Source of the DNA: Escherichia coli
Lineage (GTDB): Bacteria; Pseudomonadota; Gammaproteobacteria; Enterobacterales; Enterobacteriaceae
DNA: 64,000 nt
NCBI RefSeq assembly: GCF_003334785.1
Contig: NZ_QOWV01000017.1
Direction: 5' to 3' (one strand)
Position numbers and translations under genes: made by a program. Shown here in pieces: positions 42,712-55,374 of this stretch (position 1 is the stretch's first letter; each line of letters starts with the position of its first letter). Below the pieces are notes generated by a model. That model searched no databases. It worked only from the letters and a program-made list of their open reading frames with translations, and was not told the origin of the DNA.

Positions 42712-43041
42712 ATGAGCAATCTGAATCCATGCATGACGTGTGGTGCCTGTTGTGCATTTTTCCGCGTCTCTTTTTACTGGGCCGAAGCCGACGATGCTGG
42801 CGGTACTATTCCCGCCAGGCTCACTGAACAAATATCCCCTTTTCACCGATGCATGAGCGGTACCAATCAGAAAAACCCCCGATGTATTGCCCTTGCAGGA
42901 ACCCCGGGCAAAAATGCCTGCTGCACGATATATAAAAATCGATCGTCCACATGCAGAGAATTCGCCATGTCTGGTGAGAACGGAGTCGTCAATGAGGCTT
43001 GCAATCGTGCAAGGGCTAAATACGGGCTGACACCGTTATAA
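42712..43041 (+). CDS. ykgJ: small Cys-rich ferredoxin-like / zinc-iron chelating protein
   Basis: 109 aa; CxxCGxCC N-terminal cluster ([11 protein letters not shown]) plus additional Cys pairs. Confidence 0.8.
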
Positions 43042-43246
43042 ACATACAATAATTAATTGCACTGCCCCGCCAGCGATAATAGCGGGGCTTCGTTTTTCAG
43101 GGGTAACAAAACCCGATACTTCTTCTATTTGCCAGCAACAATGCCTCTCTTCTGTAGCGTTCTTCGGATCTACATCATCCTGAAGTAGCGCGATATACTC
43201 ACTGACTATCTGCATCAGAATATAAAAAGCAATGTTTTTAACCTAT

Positions 43247-43275
43247 AAAAATGGCGCTGTATTTGCGCCATTTTT
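43247..43275. terminator. bidirectional rho-independent terminator between convergent ykgJ and yagU
   Basis: aaaaatggcgc-tgtattt-gcgccattttt: 9-bp GC-containing stem flanked by an A-run and a T-run. Confidence 0.65.
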
Positions 43276-43288
43276 ATCATTCAATGCA

Positions 43289-43903
43289 TTATCTGTTTGA
43301 GCCTAAAGGGATCTCAGGGTCTGGCTCATGAGTAATTCTGTTTCGTAAATCTCTGCGAATAATTTCAATAGACCAGAACCAGACTAAATGTCCAAAAATT
43401 TCAGAAACATTCTCATACCACGGGAGATCAAACAGAGGTGGCGTCAGTCCCATGAGAGGGAATGAAATCATATGAACAAAAAGTTGGGCTAAAGCACCTG
43501 CCAGTAAGCCCTGCCAGAGTTTAATTTTTGGAAATACTTCAGCGACCACACAATAACCGACAGCAAACACTATCGAAAAGATAATGTGCGTAACACCAAC
43601 CCAGTTAAAGACATGCCCGGCAAAGGTATAAACAGCCGCATTGGGATCTGTCAGCCCCAACCAGTCTCGAAGAAAAATATACGGTGGATTGAGAAAATTA
43701 CGCGAGCAATCAATTTGGCCTGCAGCCCTGATTAATGATTCCGGGCCACACGCTGCATTAAACATATCCACCGGGCTACGTGGCGGCAATGGAACTTCAG
43801 CCCCCCACTTCACGAATGCGGAAACAACGCCAGCAATCAGCCCAATGAATGCAGCAAGACCATAACGTCTGCGGTTCGGTGGAGTTTGTTCAAATATATT
43901 CAT
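43289..43903 (-). CDS. yagU: inner-membrane protein YagU (DUF1440)
   Basis: 204 aa with multiple TM segments. Confidence 0.85.
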
Positions 43904-44320
43904 ATCTACCCTGCTTGTACCATTATGTTATACACCTCTTCAGGAGTATTCATAAAACAAGGCAAATGTAAAGAACTGTATTGTTTTGTATAACAAGATA
44001 GTTTCCTAATCGCCAATGAATATAAGCTCCATCATTTCTCCCTATTTTTATATTAGAAGTGACAGAGATTTGCAGGGTGATGTAGAGCTGAAAATCACAG
44101 GTTTCCTTATTGGTTTTTGCATCGTACAACTAAAGCAATAAACCAGCTCCCATCATCATCAACATCCCGGCGAACATGAATTTATTAGCCGGGCTCATAG
44201 CTGCATTCGCGTTTTAAGAATAATCCTCCTGCTGTCGCCGACTATGCTTAACGTTTAAAAAAGCATCAGCACTCTCGCAACGCACTCTTATTTTCCCCTT
44301 TAGAATACCGGAGGCCTGGT

Positions 44321-45010
44321 ATGAGCAACCAAGGCGAATACCCCGAAGATAATCGGGTTGGGAAGCACGAGCCGCACGATTTAAGTTTGACCCGTCGCGA
44401 TCTGATTAAAGTGAGCGCCGCAACAGCGGCGACCGCCGTGGTTTATCCTCATTCTACGCTGGCGGCAAGCGTTCCGGCAGCTACACCCGCGCCAGAGATA
44501 ATGCCCCTGACACTGAAGGTGAACGGCAAAACCGAGCAGCTTGAGGTGGATACCCGAACCACGCTACTGGACACTTTGCGTGAAAATCTGCATTTGATCG
44601 GTACCAAGAAAGGTTGCGATCACGGACAGTGCGGAGCCTGTACCGTGCTGGTCAATGGTCGCAGGCTTAATGCCTGCCTGACGCTTGCAGTCATGCATCA
44701 GGGGGCCGAGATCACCACCATTGAAGGCCTGGGTTCGCCAGATAATCTTCACCCCATGCAGGCGGCCTTTATCAAGCATGATGGCTTCCAGTGCGGCTAC
44801 TGCACCTCCGGGCAAATTTGCTCATCAGTAGCGGTGCTAAAAGAGATTCAGGACGGCATTCCCAGTCACGTCACGGTCGATTTGGTTTCCGCTCCAGAAA
44901 CAACTGCCGATGAGATCCGTGAACGTATGAGCGGCAACATCTGTCGCTGTGGTGCATACGCTAACATCCTTGCCGCCATTGAAGATGCTGCGGGGGAGAT
45001 AAAATCATGA
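44321..45010 (+). CDS. paoA: periplasmic aldehyde oxidoreductase, 2Fe-2S subunit (Tat signal)
   Basis: 229 aa; twin-arginine motif TRRDLIK; two [2Fe-2S] motifs [11 protein letters not shown] and CGYCTSG. Confidence 0.9.
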   Translation: MSNQGEYPEDNRVGKHEPHDLSLTRRDLIKVSAATAATAVVYPHSTLAASVPAATPAPEIMPLTLKVNGKTEQLEVDTRTTLLDTLRENLHLIGTKKGCDHGQCGACTVLVNGRRLNACLTLAVMHQGAEITTIEGLGSPDNLHPMQAAFIKHDGFQCGYCTSGQICSSVAVLKEIQDGIPSHVTVDLVSAPETTADEIRERMSGNICRCGAYANILAAIEDAAGEIKS

Positions 45011-45963
45011 AGGCGTTTACCTATGAACGAGTGAATACCCCAGCCGAGGCGGCACTTAGCGCTCAGCGCGTACCCGGCGCAAAATTTATCGCGGGCGGGA
45101 CCAATCTGCTGGACCTGATGAAGCTGGAAATTGAAACGCCCACCCACCTTATCGATGTGAACGGCCTCGGGCTCGATAAGATTGAAGTGACCGACGCGGG
45201 TGGGCTGCGCATCGGCGCACTGGTACGGAACACCGACCTGGCGGCTCACGAGCGCGTGCGTCGTGATTACGCGGTACTCTCCCGCGCCCTGCTCGCTGGC
45301 GCGTCTGGTCAGTTACGTAATCAGGCAACCACCGCAGGTAATCTGCTCCAGCGCACGCGCTGCCCCTATTTTTACGACACCAATCAGCCCTGCAATAAGC
45401 GCCTGCCCGGGAGCGGCTGCGCGGCGCTTGAAGGCTTTAGCCGTCAGCACGCGGTGGTAGGCGTAAGCGAAGCCTGCATTGCCACCCATCCGAGCGATAT
45501 GGCGGTCGCAATGCGGTTGCTGGATGCGGTGGTGGAAACCATCACGCCGGAGGGAAAGACTCGCAGTATCACACTGGCTGATTTTTATCACCCTCCGGGA
45601 AAAACGCCGCACATTGAAACCGCCCTGCTTCCCGGTGAGCTTATCGTTGCGGTGACGTTACCTCCACCGCTCGGCGGAAAACATATCTACCGTAAGGTGC
45701 GCGATCGCGCCTCCTACGCCTTTGCCCTGGTATCGGTCGCGGCGATTATTCAGCCTGACGGCAGCGGGCGCGTCGCGCTGGGCGGAGTAGCACATAAGCC
45801 CTGGCGCATTGAGGCTGCGGATGCTCAGCTATCCCAGGGGGCGCAGGCCGTATATGACACGCTGTTCGCCAGCGCCCATCCCACCGCTGAAAACACCTTT
45901 AAACTCCTGTTGGCGAAGCGAACGCTTGCCTCCGTACTGGCTGAAGCGAGGGCACAGGCATGA
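45007..45963 (+). CDS. paoB: aldehyde oxidoreductase FAD-binding subunit
   Basis: 318 aa; 4-nt overlap with paoA and paoC. Confidence 0.9.
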   Translation: MKAFTYERVNTPAEAALSAQRVPGAKFIAGGTNLLDLMKLEIETPTHLIDVNGLGLDKIEVTDAGGLRIGALVRNTDLAAHERVRRDYAVLSRALLAGASGQLRNQATTAGNLLQRTRCPYFYDTNQPCNKRLPGSGCAALEGFSRQHAVVGVSEACIATHPSDMAVAMRLLDAVVETITPEGKTRSITLADFYHPPGKTPHIETALLPGELIVAVTLPPPLGGKHIYRKVRDRASYAFALVSVAAIIQPDGSGRVALGGVAHKPWRIEAADAQLSQGAQAVYDTLFASAHPTAENTFKLLLAKRTLASVLAEARAQA

Positions 45964-48158
45964 AATTTGATAAACCCGCAGGGGAAAACCCGATCGATCA
46001 GCTGAAGGTTGTCGGTCGTCCCCATGACCGCATCGACGGACCGCTGAAAACTACCGGCACGGCACGCTACGCCTACGAATGGCATGAAGAAGCCCCCAAC
46101 GCCGCCTATGGCTATATCGTCGGTTCCGCCATTGCCAAAGGACGCCTCACCGCCCTTGATACGGACGCCGCGCAAAAAGCGCCGGGCGTACTGGCTGTCA
46201 TTACCGCCAGTAACGCCGGGGCACTCGGCAAAGGCGACAAAAACACCGCCAGGCTGTTAGGCGGCCCCACTATTGAGCACTATCATCAGGCCATTGCGCT
46301 GGTAGTGGCCGAGACCTTCGAACAGGCGCGAGCGGCGGCCTCGCTGGTGCAGGCACACTATCGCCGTAATAAAGGAGCTTACTCCCTGGCGGACGAAAAA
46401 CAGGCCGTCAATCAGCCGCCGGAAGACACGCCCGACAAAAACGTCGGTGACTTTGACGGGGCTTTCACCTCCGCTGCGGTGAAGATTGATGCTACCTACA
46501 CGACCCCGGACCAGAGCCATATGGCGATGGAGCCGCATGCCTCGATGGCCGTCTGGGATGGAAATAAGCTTACCCTCTGGACCTCAAATCAGATGATTGA
46601 CTGGTGCCGCACCGATCTGGCAAAAACGCTGAAAGTTCCCGTGGAGAATGTGCGTATTATCTCCCCGTATATCGGCGGAGGGTTTGGCGGCAAGCTGTTC
46701 CTGAGAAGCGATGCGCTGCTGGCGGCCCTCGCCGCCCGAGCGGTGAAACGTCCGGTTAAAGTGATGCTCCCCCGCCCCTCTATTCCCAATAACACCACGC
46801 ACCGCCCCGCCACCCTTCAGCACTTGCGTATCGGTGCCGACCAGAGCGGGAAAATCACCGCTATCTCACATGAAAGCTGGTCTGGAAACCTGCCCGGCGG
46901 CACGCCGGAAACGGCGGTACAGCAAAGCGAATTACTCTACGCCGGGGCGAATCGTCATACCGGCCTGCGGCTCGCCACGCTTGATTTGCCGGAAGGGAAC
47001 GCCATGCGTGCGCCCGGCGAAGCCCCCGGTCTGATGGCGCTCGAAATCGCGATCGACGAACTGGCGGAAAAAGCGGGCATCGATCCCGTCGAGTTTCGCA
47101 TCCTGAATGACACTCAGGTTGACCCCGCCGACCCGACGCGCTGCTTCTCTCGCCGTCAGCTTATCGAGTGCTTGCGCACCGGAGCGGATAAATTTGGCTG
47201 GAAGCAGCGCAACGCCACACCCGGACAGGTGCGCGACGGGGAGTGGCTAGTCGGCCACGGTGTTGCGGCGGGCTTTCGCAATAATCTGCTGGAAAAATCG
47301 GGTGCTCGGGTTCACCTCGAACAAAACGGCACCGTTACCGTAGAAACGGACATGACCGACATTGGCACCGGCAGCTACACCATTCTGGCCCAGACGGCAG
47401 CGGAAATGCTTGGCGTACCGCTGGAGCAGGTTGCGGTTCACCTCGGCGATTCCAGTTTCCCGGTTTCTGCGGGTTCTGGTGGACAATGGGGCGCGAATAC
47501 CTCCACCTCCGGCGTTTACGCCGCCTGTATGAAGCTTCGCGAAATGATTGCCTCGGCAGTCGGGTTTGATCCTGAGCAGTCGCAGTTTGCCGACGGCAAG
47601 ATTACCAACGGTACCCGAAGCGCCACGCTACATGAAGCCACCGCAGGCGGCAGACTGACAGCGGAAGAGAGCATTGAATTCGGAACACTGAGCAAAGAGT
47701 ACCAGCAGTCGACCTTTGCCGGGCATTTTGTGGAGGTCGGCGTGCATAGCGCGACGGGAGAAGTTCGGGTCCGGCGTATGCTCGCTGTGTGTGCTGCAGG
47801 ACGCATCCTGAATCCGAAAACTGCGCGCAGCCAGGTCATTGGCGCAATGACTATGGGCATGGGCGCGGCACTGATGGAGGAGCTGGCGGTGGATGACCGT
47901 TTGGGCTACTTCGTTAATCACGATATGGCGGGGTATGAGGTGCCGGTTCATGCGGATATCCCAAAACAGGAGGTGATTTTCCTGGATGATACCGACCCCA
48001 TATCCTCCCCGATGAAGGCCAAAGGTGTCGGTGAGCTGGGCCTGTGCGGCGTGAGCGCGGCTATCGCCAACGCGGTGTATAACGCCACCGGTATTCGGGT
48101 ACGGGATTATCCCATCACTCTGGATAAGCTGCTCGATAAGCTGCCGGATGTGGTTTAA
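45960..48158 (+). CDS. paoC: aldehyde oxidoreductase molybdenum-cofactor subunit
   Basis: 732 aa xanthine-dehydrogenase-family large subunit. Confidence 0.9.
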   Translation: MKFDKPAGENPIDQLKVVGRPHDRIDGPLKTTGTARYAYEWHEEAPNAAYGYIVGSAIAKGRLTALDTDAAQKAPGVLAVITASNAGALGKGDKNTARLLGGPTIEHYHQAIALVVAETFEQARAAASLVQAHYRRNKGAYSLADEKQAVNQPPEDTPDKNVGDFDGAFTSAAVKIDATYTTPDQSHMAMEPHASMAVWDGNKLTLWTSNQMIDWCRTDLAKTLKVPVENVRIISPYIGGGFGGKLFLRSDALLAALAARAVKRPVKVMLPRPSIPNNTTHRPATLQHLRIGADQSGKITAISHESWSGNLPGGTPETAVQQSELLYAGANRHTGLRLATLDLPEGNAMRAPGEAPGLMALEIAIDELAEKAGIDPVEFRILNDTQVDPADPTRCFSRRQLIECLRTGADKFGWKQRNATPGQVRDGEWLVGHGVAAGFRNNLLEKSGARVHLEQNGTVTVETDMTDIGTGSYTILAQTAAEMLGVPLEQVAVHLGDSSFPVSAGSGGQWGANTSTSGVYAACMKLREMIASAVGFDPEQSQFADGKITNGTRSATLHEATAGGRLTAEESIEFGTLSKEYQQSTFAGHFVEVGVHSATGEVRVRRMLAVCAAGRILNPKTARSQVIGAMTMGMGAALMEELAVDDRLGYFVNHDMAGYEVPVHADIPKQEVIFLDDTDPISSPMKAKGVGELGLCGVSAAIANAVYNATGIRVRDYPITLDKLLDKLPDVV

Positions 48159-48167
48159 GGAGGAACA

Positions 48168-49124
48168 ATGTCATACCCGCTTTTTGACAAAGACGAACAC
48201 TGGCATAAGCCAGAGCAGGCGTTTCTCACCGATGACCACCGGACCATTCTGCGCTTCGCCGTAGAGGCGCTAATGTCCGGTAAAGGAGCGGTGCTGGTGA
48301 CGCTGGTGGAGATACGCGGCGGCGCGGCGCGCCCGCTCGGGGCGCAGATGGTGGTGCGCGAAGATGGTCGTTACTGCGGTTTTGTCTCTGGCGGCTGCGT
48401 GGAGGCCGCTGCCGCTTTTGAAGCGCTGGAGATGATGGGCTCAGGCCGCGATCGCGAAATTCGCTATGGCGAAGGTTCGCCGTGGTTTGACATCGTTCTG
48501 CCCTGCGGCGGTGGGATCACGCTGACGCTCCATAAACTACGCTCGGCACAGCCTCTGCTCGCCGTGCTGAACCGCCTGGAACAGAGAAAACCGGTGGGGC
48601 TGCGCTACGATCCGCAAGCACAATCGCTGGTGTGCCTGCCCACGCAAACCCGGACGGGCTGGAATCTCAATGGCTTTGAGGTGGGGTTCAGGCCATGCGT
48701 CAGGCTGATGATTTACGGACGTTCTCTTGAGGCGCAGGCAACCGCGAGTCTTGCAGCAGCCACAGGCTATGACAGCCATATCTTCGATCTTTTTCCGGCC
48801 TCAGCCAGCGCTCAGATCGATACCGATACGGCGGTCATTTTGCTGTGCCATGATCTCAACCGGGAGCTGCCAGTGTTGCAGGCCGCGCGAGAAGCAAAAC
48901 CCTTTTATCTCGGCGCATTGGGCAGCTATCGAACCCACACGTTACGTCTGCAAAAGCTCCACGAGCTGGGATGGTCCAGGGAGGAAACAACGCAAATCCG
49001 GGCACCCGTCGGGATATTCCCCAAAGCCCGGGATGCGCATACTCTGGCACTCTCCGTGCTGGCAGAAGTCGCCTCTGTACGTCTCCATCAGGAGGAGGAT
49101 TCATGCCTGCCCCCGTCGTCCTGA
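48168..49124 (+). CDS. paoD: XdhC-like molybdenum cofactor insertion chaperone
   Basis: 318 aa; follows paoC with a 9-bp gap and AGGAGG SD. Confidence 0.85.
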   Translation: MSYPLFDKDEHWHKPEQAFLTDDHRTILRFAVEALMSGKGAVLVTLVEIRGGAARPLGAQMVVREDGRYCGFVSGGCVEAAAAFEALEMMGSGRDREIRYGEGSPWFDIVLPCGGGITLTLHKLRSAQPLLAVLNRLEQRKPVGLRYDPQAQSLVCLPTQTRTGWNLNGFEVGFRPCVRLMIYGRSLEAQATASLAAATGYDSHIFDLFPASASAQIDTDTAVILLCHDLNRELPVLQAAREAKPFYLGALGSYRTHTLRLQKLHELGWSREETTQIRAPVGIFPKARDAHTLALSVLAEVASVRLHQEEDSCLPPSS

Positions 49125-49513
49125 TCCTTGCGGCCGGGCGTGGAGAGCGCTTTCTCGCCTCCGGGGGAAATACCCATAAGTGTATCGGCTGGCGTCAGTC
49201 CCCGGAGGTTGCGCCTTATCGCTGGCCATTTGAAGAAAACGGGAGAACTTTCGACCTTGCGATTGAACCGCAGATTACGACTAATGATCTGCGTCTGATG
49301 TTGAGGCTGGCTCTTGCCGGCGGAGGAATAACAATTGCCACTCAGGAAACTTTCAGGCCATATATTGAAAGCGGTAAGCTTGTATCGCTGCTTGATGACT
49401 TTCTTCCACAATTTCCGGGCTTCTATCTGTATTTCCCACAGCGTCGCAATATTGCACCAAAGCTCCGCGCCCTGATTGACTACGTCAAAGAATGGCGGCA
49501 GCAATTGGCTTAA
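49103..49513 (+). pseudogene. yagP: yagP remnant: short MobA/MocA-like N-terminus fused to the C-terminal part of a LysR-type regulator
   Basis: 136-codon ORF from MPAPVVLILAAGRGERF (nucleotidyltransferase-like motif) continuing into a LysR C-terminal-like sequence; overlaps paoD 3' end by 22 nt in another frame. Confidence 0.55.
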
Positions 49514-49639
49514 ATGTCTGCACCTGCACTGCCTGATGTCAGAACAGTATTTTGATGAATTGCCAAGGTTACAATGGCACAAATACGGCACAGGAGGAAA
49601 CGTGGTGTATTTAAATATGGGGTAACTCTTTGATTTTAA

Positions 49640-49715
49640 TGGTGCCGATAATAGGAGTCGAACCTACGACCTTCGCATTACGAATGCGCTGCTCTACCAA
49701 CTGAGCTATATCGGC
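49640..49715 (-). tRNA. thrW: tRNA-Thr (anticodon CGU)
   Basis: Reverse complement GCCGATATAGCTCAGTTGGTAGAGCAGCGCATTCGTAATGCGAAGGTCGTAGGTTCGACTCCTATTATCGGCACCA folds as cloverleaf with 7-bp acceptor stem, CGT anticodon and encoded CCA. Confidence 0.92.
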
Positions 49716-49829
49716 CCTGAAAGGACATGTTCACGAACGTGAATCACGGTGGACAAGGTTAAAACTAACCGGGCGATGCGTCAATGGCCTTGTGAATCAA
49801 ATGGCTACTTTTGCATCACCCGGTTTTAT

Positions 49830-51083
49830 TTACGCACGAATGGTGTAATCACCAATGCCGATCCACTTGTAAGTGGTCAGTGCTTCCAGCCCCATTGGGC
49901 CACGCGCGTGGAGTTTTTGTGTGCTTACCGCCACTTCCGCACCCAGACCAAACTGGCCGCCGTCGGTAAAACGCGTAGAGGCGTTAACGTAAACAGCGGA
50001 CGAATCCACTTCGTTAACAAAACGCTGGGCGTTGCGCATATCGCGGGTCAGGATCGCATCGGAGTGTTGTGTGCCGTGTTCACGAATATGGGCGATGGCA
50101 TCGTCAAGATCGCTGACGATTTTGACGTTCAAATCTAATGACAGAAACTCATCGTCATACTCTTCGGCTTTAACAGCAACCACCTTCGCAGGGCCTGCCT
50201 GCAACTGCGCCAGTGCAGCTGCATCTGCGTGTAATGTCACGCCACTTTCCGCCATTTGTTTGCTTAATGCGGGCAGGAAGCTATCGGCGATGTTTTTATT
50301 CACCAGCAACGTTTCAACCGTATTACATGTGCTCGGACGCTGAGTTTTCGCGTTGACGATCACTTTTAATGCTTCAGCGATCTCTACACTTTCATCAACG
50401 TAAATATGGCATACGCCTATACCACCTGTGATCACCGGGATTGTCGACTGTTCACGGCACAGTTTATGCAAACCAGCGCCACCACGCGGGATCAGCATGT
50501 CGATGTATTTATCCATACGCAGCATTTCACTGACCAGCGCACGGTCAGGATTATCAATCGCCTGCACGGCACCCGCCGGTAAGCCGCAGGATTTCAGGGC
50601 GTCCTGAATCACCGCCACCGTTGCAGCGTTAGTGCGACACGTTTCTTTGCCACCGCGCAGGATCACCGCATTACCGGTTTTCAGGCACAGCGAAGCGACA
50701 TCAACCGTCACGTTCGGGCGCGCTTCATAAATCACGCCAATAACCCCCAGCGGTACGCGACGACGCTCAAGACGCAGGCCGCTGTCCAGTACGCCGCCAT
50801 CGATTACCTGCCCCACCGGATCGGCGAGGTTGCACACCTGACGTACATCGTCGGCAATGCCTTTCAGCCGTGCGGGCGTCAGTGCCAGACGGTCAAGCAT
50901 CGCTTCGCTAAGGCCATTGGCTCGCGCGTCAGCAACATCCTGGGCGTTAGCGTTGAGGATGATTTCGCTTTGTGCTTCCAGTTCATCGGCGATTTTTTCC
51001 AGCACGCGATTTTTTTCGCGGCTGGAGAGTTGCGCTAATTTATACGAGGCTTGCTTCGCGGCAATGCCCATTTGTTCCAGCAT
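49830..51083 (-). CDS. proA: gamma-glutamyl phosphate reductase
   Basis: 417 aa; aldehyde-dehydrogenase-like fold. Confidence 0.95.
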
Positions 51084-51094
51084 CAGCCTGCTCC

Positions 51095-52198
51095 TTAACG
51101 GGTAATCATGTCATCACGGTGAACGGCAACCGGGCCGTATTCATATCCCAGTATTGCATCAATTTCTTGCGAGTGGTGTCCGGCAATACGGCGTAATGCA
51201 TCGCTGTTGTAACGACTGACGCCGTGGGCGATATCGCGGCCTTCGAGGTTGCAAATGCGGATGACTTCACCACGCGAGAAATTGCCAGTCACGCTTTTAA
51301 TGCCTTTCGGCAACAGGGAGCTGCCGCGTTCCAGAATGGCGGCAGTTGCCCCTTCATCTACCGTGATTTCACCCGCCGGCGGCGCACCGAAAATCCAGCG
51401 TTTACGGTTTTCAAGCGGAGTCGCCTGGGCATGGAACAGCGTACCGACGGAAATGCCTTCCATCACATCACCAATAACGCCCGGCTTGCTGCCCGCGGCA
51501 ATAATGGTGTCGATACCCGCACGGCAAGCCACGTCAGCGGCCTGCAATTTGGTACTCATGCCGCCAGTTCCGAGGCCTGAAACGCTGTCACCGGCAATCG
51601 CGCGCAGTGCGTCATCAATGCCGTAAACATCTTTAATCAGTTCTGCCTGCGGATTGCTGCGCGGGTCAGCGGTATACAAACCTTTTTGATCGGTCAGCAG
51701 CAACAGTTTATCGGCACCCGCAAGAATCGCCGCCAGCGCAGAAAGGTTATCGTTATCGCCGACCTTAATCTCTGCCGTAGCGACAGCATCGTTCTCATTG
51801 ATTACCGGAACGATATTGTTATCGAGCAACGCTCGCAGGGTGTCGCGGGCGTTCAGGAAGCGTTCACGGTCTTCCATATCAGCACGGGTCAGCAGCATTT
51901 GCCCGACGTGAATGCCATAAATCGAAAACAGCTGTTCCCACAGTTGAATCAGTCGACTCTGCCCTACCGCCGCCAGCAGTTGTTTCGAGGCGATGGTCGC
52001 TGGCAGTTCCGGGTAACCCAGGTGCTCACGTCCGGCGGCGATCGCGCCCGACGTCACAATAACAATCCGATGCCCGGCGGCATGTAACTGCGCGCACTGG
52101 CGAACAAGTTCAACGATATGGGCACGGTTCAGACGGCGCGATCCGCCTGTTAGCACACTGGTGCCGAGTTTTACCACCAGCGTCTGGCTGTCACTCAT
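51095..52198 (-). CDS. proB: glutamate 5-kinase
   Basis: Start at [19 protein letters not shown] (367 aa); amino-acid kinase domain + PUA domain. Confidence 0.95.
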
Positions 52199-52386
52199 GA
52201 TTCTCTGCCATTCAATTTTAGGAAAAATGATATCAAACGAACGTTTTAGCAGGACTGTCGTCGGTTGCCAACCATCTGCGAGCAAAGCATGGCGTTTTGT
52301 TGCGCGGGATCAGCAAGCCTAGCGGCAGTTGTTTACGCTTTTATTACAGATTTAATAAATTACCACATTTTAAGAATATTATTAAT

Positions 52387-52412
52387 CTGTAATATATCTT
52401 TAACAATCTCAG
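52387..52412 (+). promoter_or_regulatory. pho box (PhoB binding site) in the phoE promoter
   Basis: CTGTAATATATCTTTAACAATCTCAG read about 75 bp upstream of the phoE start, CTGT-N7-CT direct-repeat style. Confidence 0.6.
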
Positions 52413-52485
52413 GTTAAAAACTTTCCTGTTTTCAACGGGACTCTCCCGCTGAATATTCGCGCGTTAATTAAAATCAGGAATGAAA

Positions 52486-53541
52486 ATGAAAAAGAGCACT
52501 ATGGCATTAGTGGTGATGGGCATTGTGGCATCTGCATCTGTACAGGCTGCAGAAATATATAATAAAGACGGTAATAAACTGGATGTCTATGGCAAAGTTA
52601 AAGCCATGCATTATATGAGTGATAACGCCAGTAAAGATGGCGACCAGAGTTATATCCGTTTTGGTTTTAAAGGCGAAACACAAATTAACGATCAACTGAC
52701 TGGTTATGGTCGTTGGGAAGCAGAGTTTGCCGGTAATAAAGCAGAGAGTGATACTGCACAGCAAAAAACGCGTCTCGCTTTTGCCGGGTTGAAATATAAA
52801 GATTTGGGTTCTTTCGATTATGGTCGTAACCTGGGGGCGTTGTATGACGTGGAAGCCTGGACCGATATGTTCCCGGAATTTGGTGGCGATTCCTCGGCGC
52901 AGACCGACAACTTTATGACCAAACGCGCCAGCGGTCTGGCGACGTATCGGAACACCGACTTCTTCGGCGTTATCGATGGCCTGAACTTAACCCTGCAATA
53001 TCAAGGGAAAAACGAAAACCGCGACGTTAAAAAGCAAAACGGCGATGGCTTCGGCACGTCATTGACATATGACTTTGGCGGCAGCGATTTCGCCATTAGT
53101 GGGGCCTATACCAACTCAGATCGCACCAACGAGCAGAACCTGCAAAGCCGTGGCACAGGCAAGCGTGCAGAAGCATGGGCAACAGGTCTGAAATACGATG
53201 CCAATAATATTTATCTGGCAACTTTCTATTCTGAAACACGCAAAATGACGCCAATAACTGGCGGCTTTGCCAATAAGACACAGAACTTTGAAGCGGTCGC
53301 TCAATACCAGTTTGACTTTGGTCTGCGTCCATCGCTGGGTTATGTCTTATCGAAAGGGAAAGATATTGAAGGTATCGGTGATGAAGATCTGGTCAATTAT
53401 ATCGACGTCGGTGCTACGTATTATTTCAACAAAAATATGTCAGCGTTTGTTGATTATAAAATCAACCAACTGGATAGCGATAACAAATTGAATATTAATA
53501 ATGATGATATTGTCGCGGTTGGCATGACGTATCAGTTTTAA
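52486..53541 (+). CDS. phoE: phosphate-starvation-inducible outer-membrane porin
   Basis: 351 aa from [22 protein letters not shown]-terminal F typical of OM beta-barrels. Confidence 0.95.
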   Translation: MKKSTMALVVMGIVASASVQAAEIYNKDGNKLDVYGKVKAMHYMSDNASKDGDQSYIRFGFKGETQINDQLTGYGRWEAEFAGNKAESDTAQQKTRLAFAGLKYKDLGSFDYGRNLGALYDVEAWTDMFPEFGGDSSAQTDNFMTKRASGLATYRNTDFFGVIDGLNLTLQYQGKNENRDVKKQNGDGFGTSLTYDFGGSDFAISGAYTNSDRTNEQNLQSRGTGKRAEAWATGLKYDANNIYLATFYSETRKMTPITGGFANKTQNFEAVAQYQFDFGLRPSLGYVLSKGKDIEGIGDEDLVNYIDVGATYYFNKNMSAFVDYKINQLDSDNKLNINNDDIVAVGMTYQF

Positions 53542-53549
53542 TGAATATT

Positions 53550-53570
53550 GCCGGATGTGATGCATCCGGC
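53550..53570. terminator. hairpin terminator between convergent phoE and crl
   Basis: gccggatg-tgatg-catccggc followed by acatttc. Confidence 0.55.
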
Positions 53571-53579
53571 ACATTTCAC

Positions 53580-54038
<459 letters not shown>

Positions 54039-55283
54039 TTAACACAAGCGTTTTTCGATCCAGTCGGTGATTTCCTGAAGACCTTTGTCAAAATTCCGAT
54101 ACACCGGGTTAAATGGGATCTCTAATAATTTACCGTCAGCAGATGATGAGGTGATTAAGCGTGAGTCCTCTTCCGGGCTGAACGGATCGTTCTTCCAGTA
54201 GCCTGATAACATTGGCGTTGGGCAGCGACGTCCCAGCAATCCTTGCACTTTTAATGAATAGCGATTCAGCTCCACGCGCAACGCTTCATCGGAAGCATCA
54301 TGCATCCCCAAACGACTGGCCAGAACGTCAAGATACATTTCCGGCACCTGTTGCTGGCACTTAAAATCACTCAACAGGGTATGAACTACCGGACCAAGAC
54401 AGGCAACCGCTTTCAGACGCGGCGATTCAAGGTATGCCAGACGCACGGCAACGTTAGCGCCGAAACGGAAACCAAAGGCCGCGACGCGAGTGTGATCCAC
54501 CCACGGTACGTTAGGCAGCGCCTTTAAGACGTGCTGATGCAACAGGCTGGAGTCCTGGGTGAGCTTCCATTTTGAAGAAAAGCCCACCGACGGCATATCA
54601 ATAGTCAGCATCGCAATGCCGCGCGGCGCAAAATAACGTTCATACAGGCTGTAATAGTCCGTCTGCATCGCATCCAGACCACCACACATTAATACCGTCG
54701 GGAACGGGCCATCGCCTTTCGGCATATGCAAAAAGCCGGTGATGGGCGCACCGCCGGGTACGGTAAACTCCATCTGCCGCATCGTGCCCGGTAGACGCTG
54801 AGCGGCCTCTTCATAGGCGCGGTTTGACAAAGCCTGCGCTTGCTCGGCCAGGTCATCTCCTTTCAGATGAGGATAGGCGGCAATGTTGTACAACGTAGCC
54901 GCATGCAGCCAGTGACGACCACTGAGTTGCGGATCGTCTTCCGCACAGGCTTTTTGTTGCCACACCATCGCCTGGGTGGCCCACTCATAAATCCAGTTGC
55001 CGCCACGGTAGCCAATCACCGTATCGTATAAATCATCGTCGGTACGTTCGGCATCGCTCATCACAATACGTGCCTGGACGTCGAGGATTTCGCGTGGGTC
55101 AATGCCGCGCCAGATCCACATCAGACGGTTAATCATGCGATACCAGTGAGGGATGGTTTTACCATCAAGGGCCGACTGCACAGGCGGTTGTGCGCCGTGA
55201 TTAAAGCGGCGGACTAGCGTCGAGGTTTCAGGATGTTTAAAGCGGGGTTTGAACAGGGTTTCGCTCAGGTTTGCCTGTGTCAT
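54039..55283 (-). CDS. frsA: alpha/beta-hydrolase esterase FrsA
   Basis: 414 aa ORF recognised as FrsA. Confidence 0.9.
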
Positions 55284-55374
55284 GGATGCAGCCTCCAGAA
55301 TACTTACTGGAAACTATTGTAACCCGCCTGAAGTTAAAAAGAACAACGCCCGGCAGTGCCAGGCGTTGAAAAGA

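Noticed and set aside
48971-49102. Upstream extension of the yagP ORF (track 48971..49513).
   Set aside because: The extension lies inside paoD in another frame with no start signals. The SD-preceded ATG at 49103 gives the 136-aa product.
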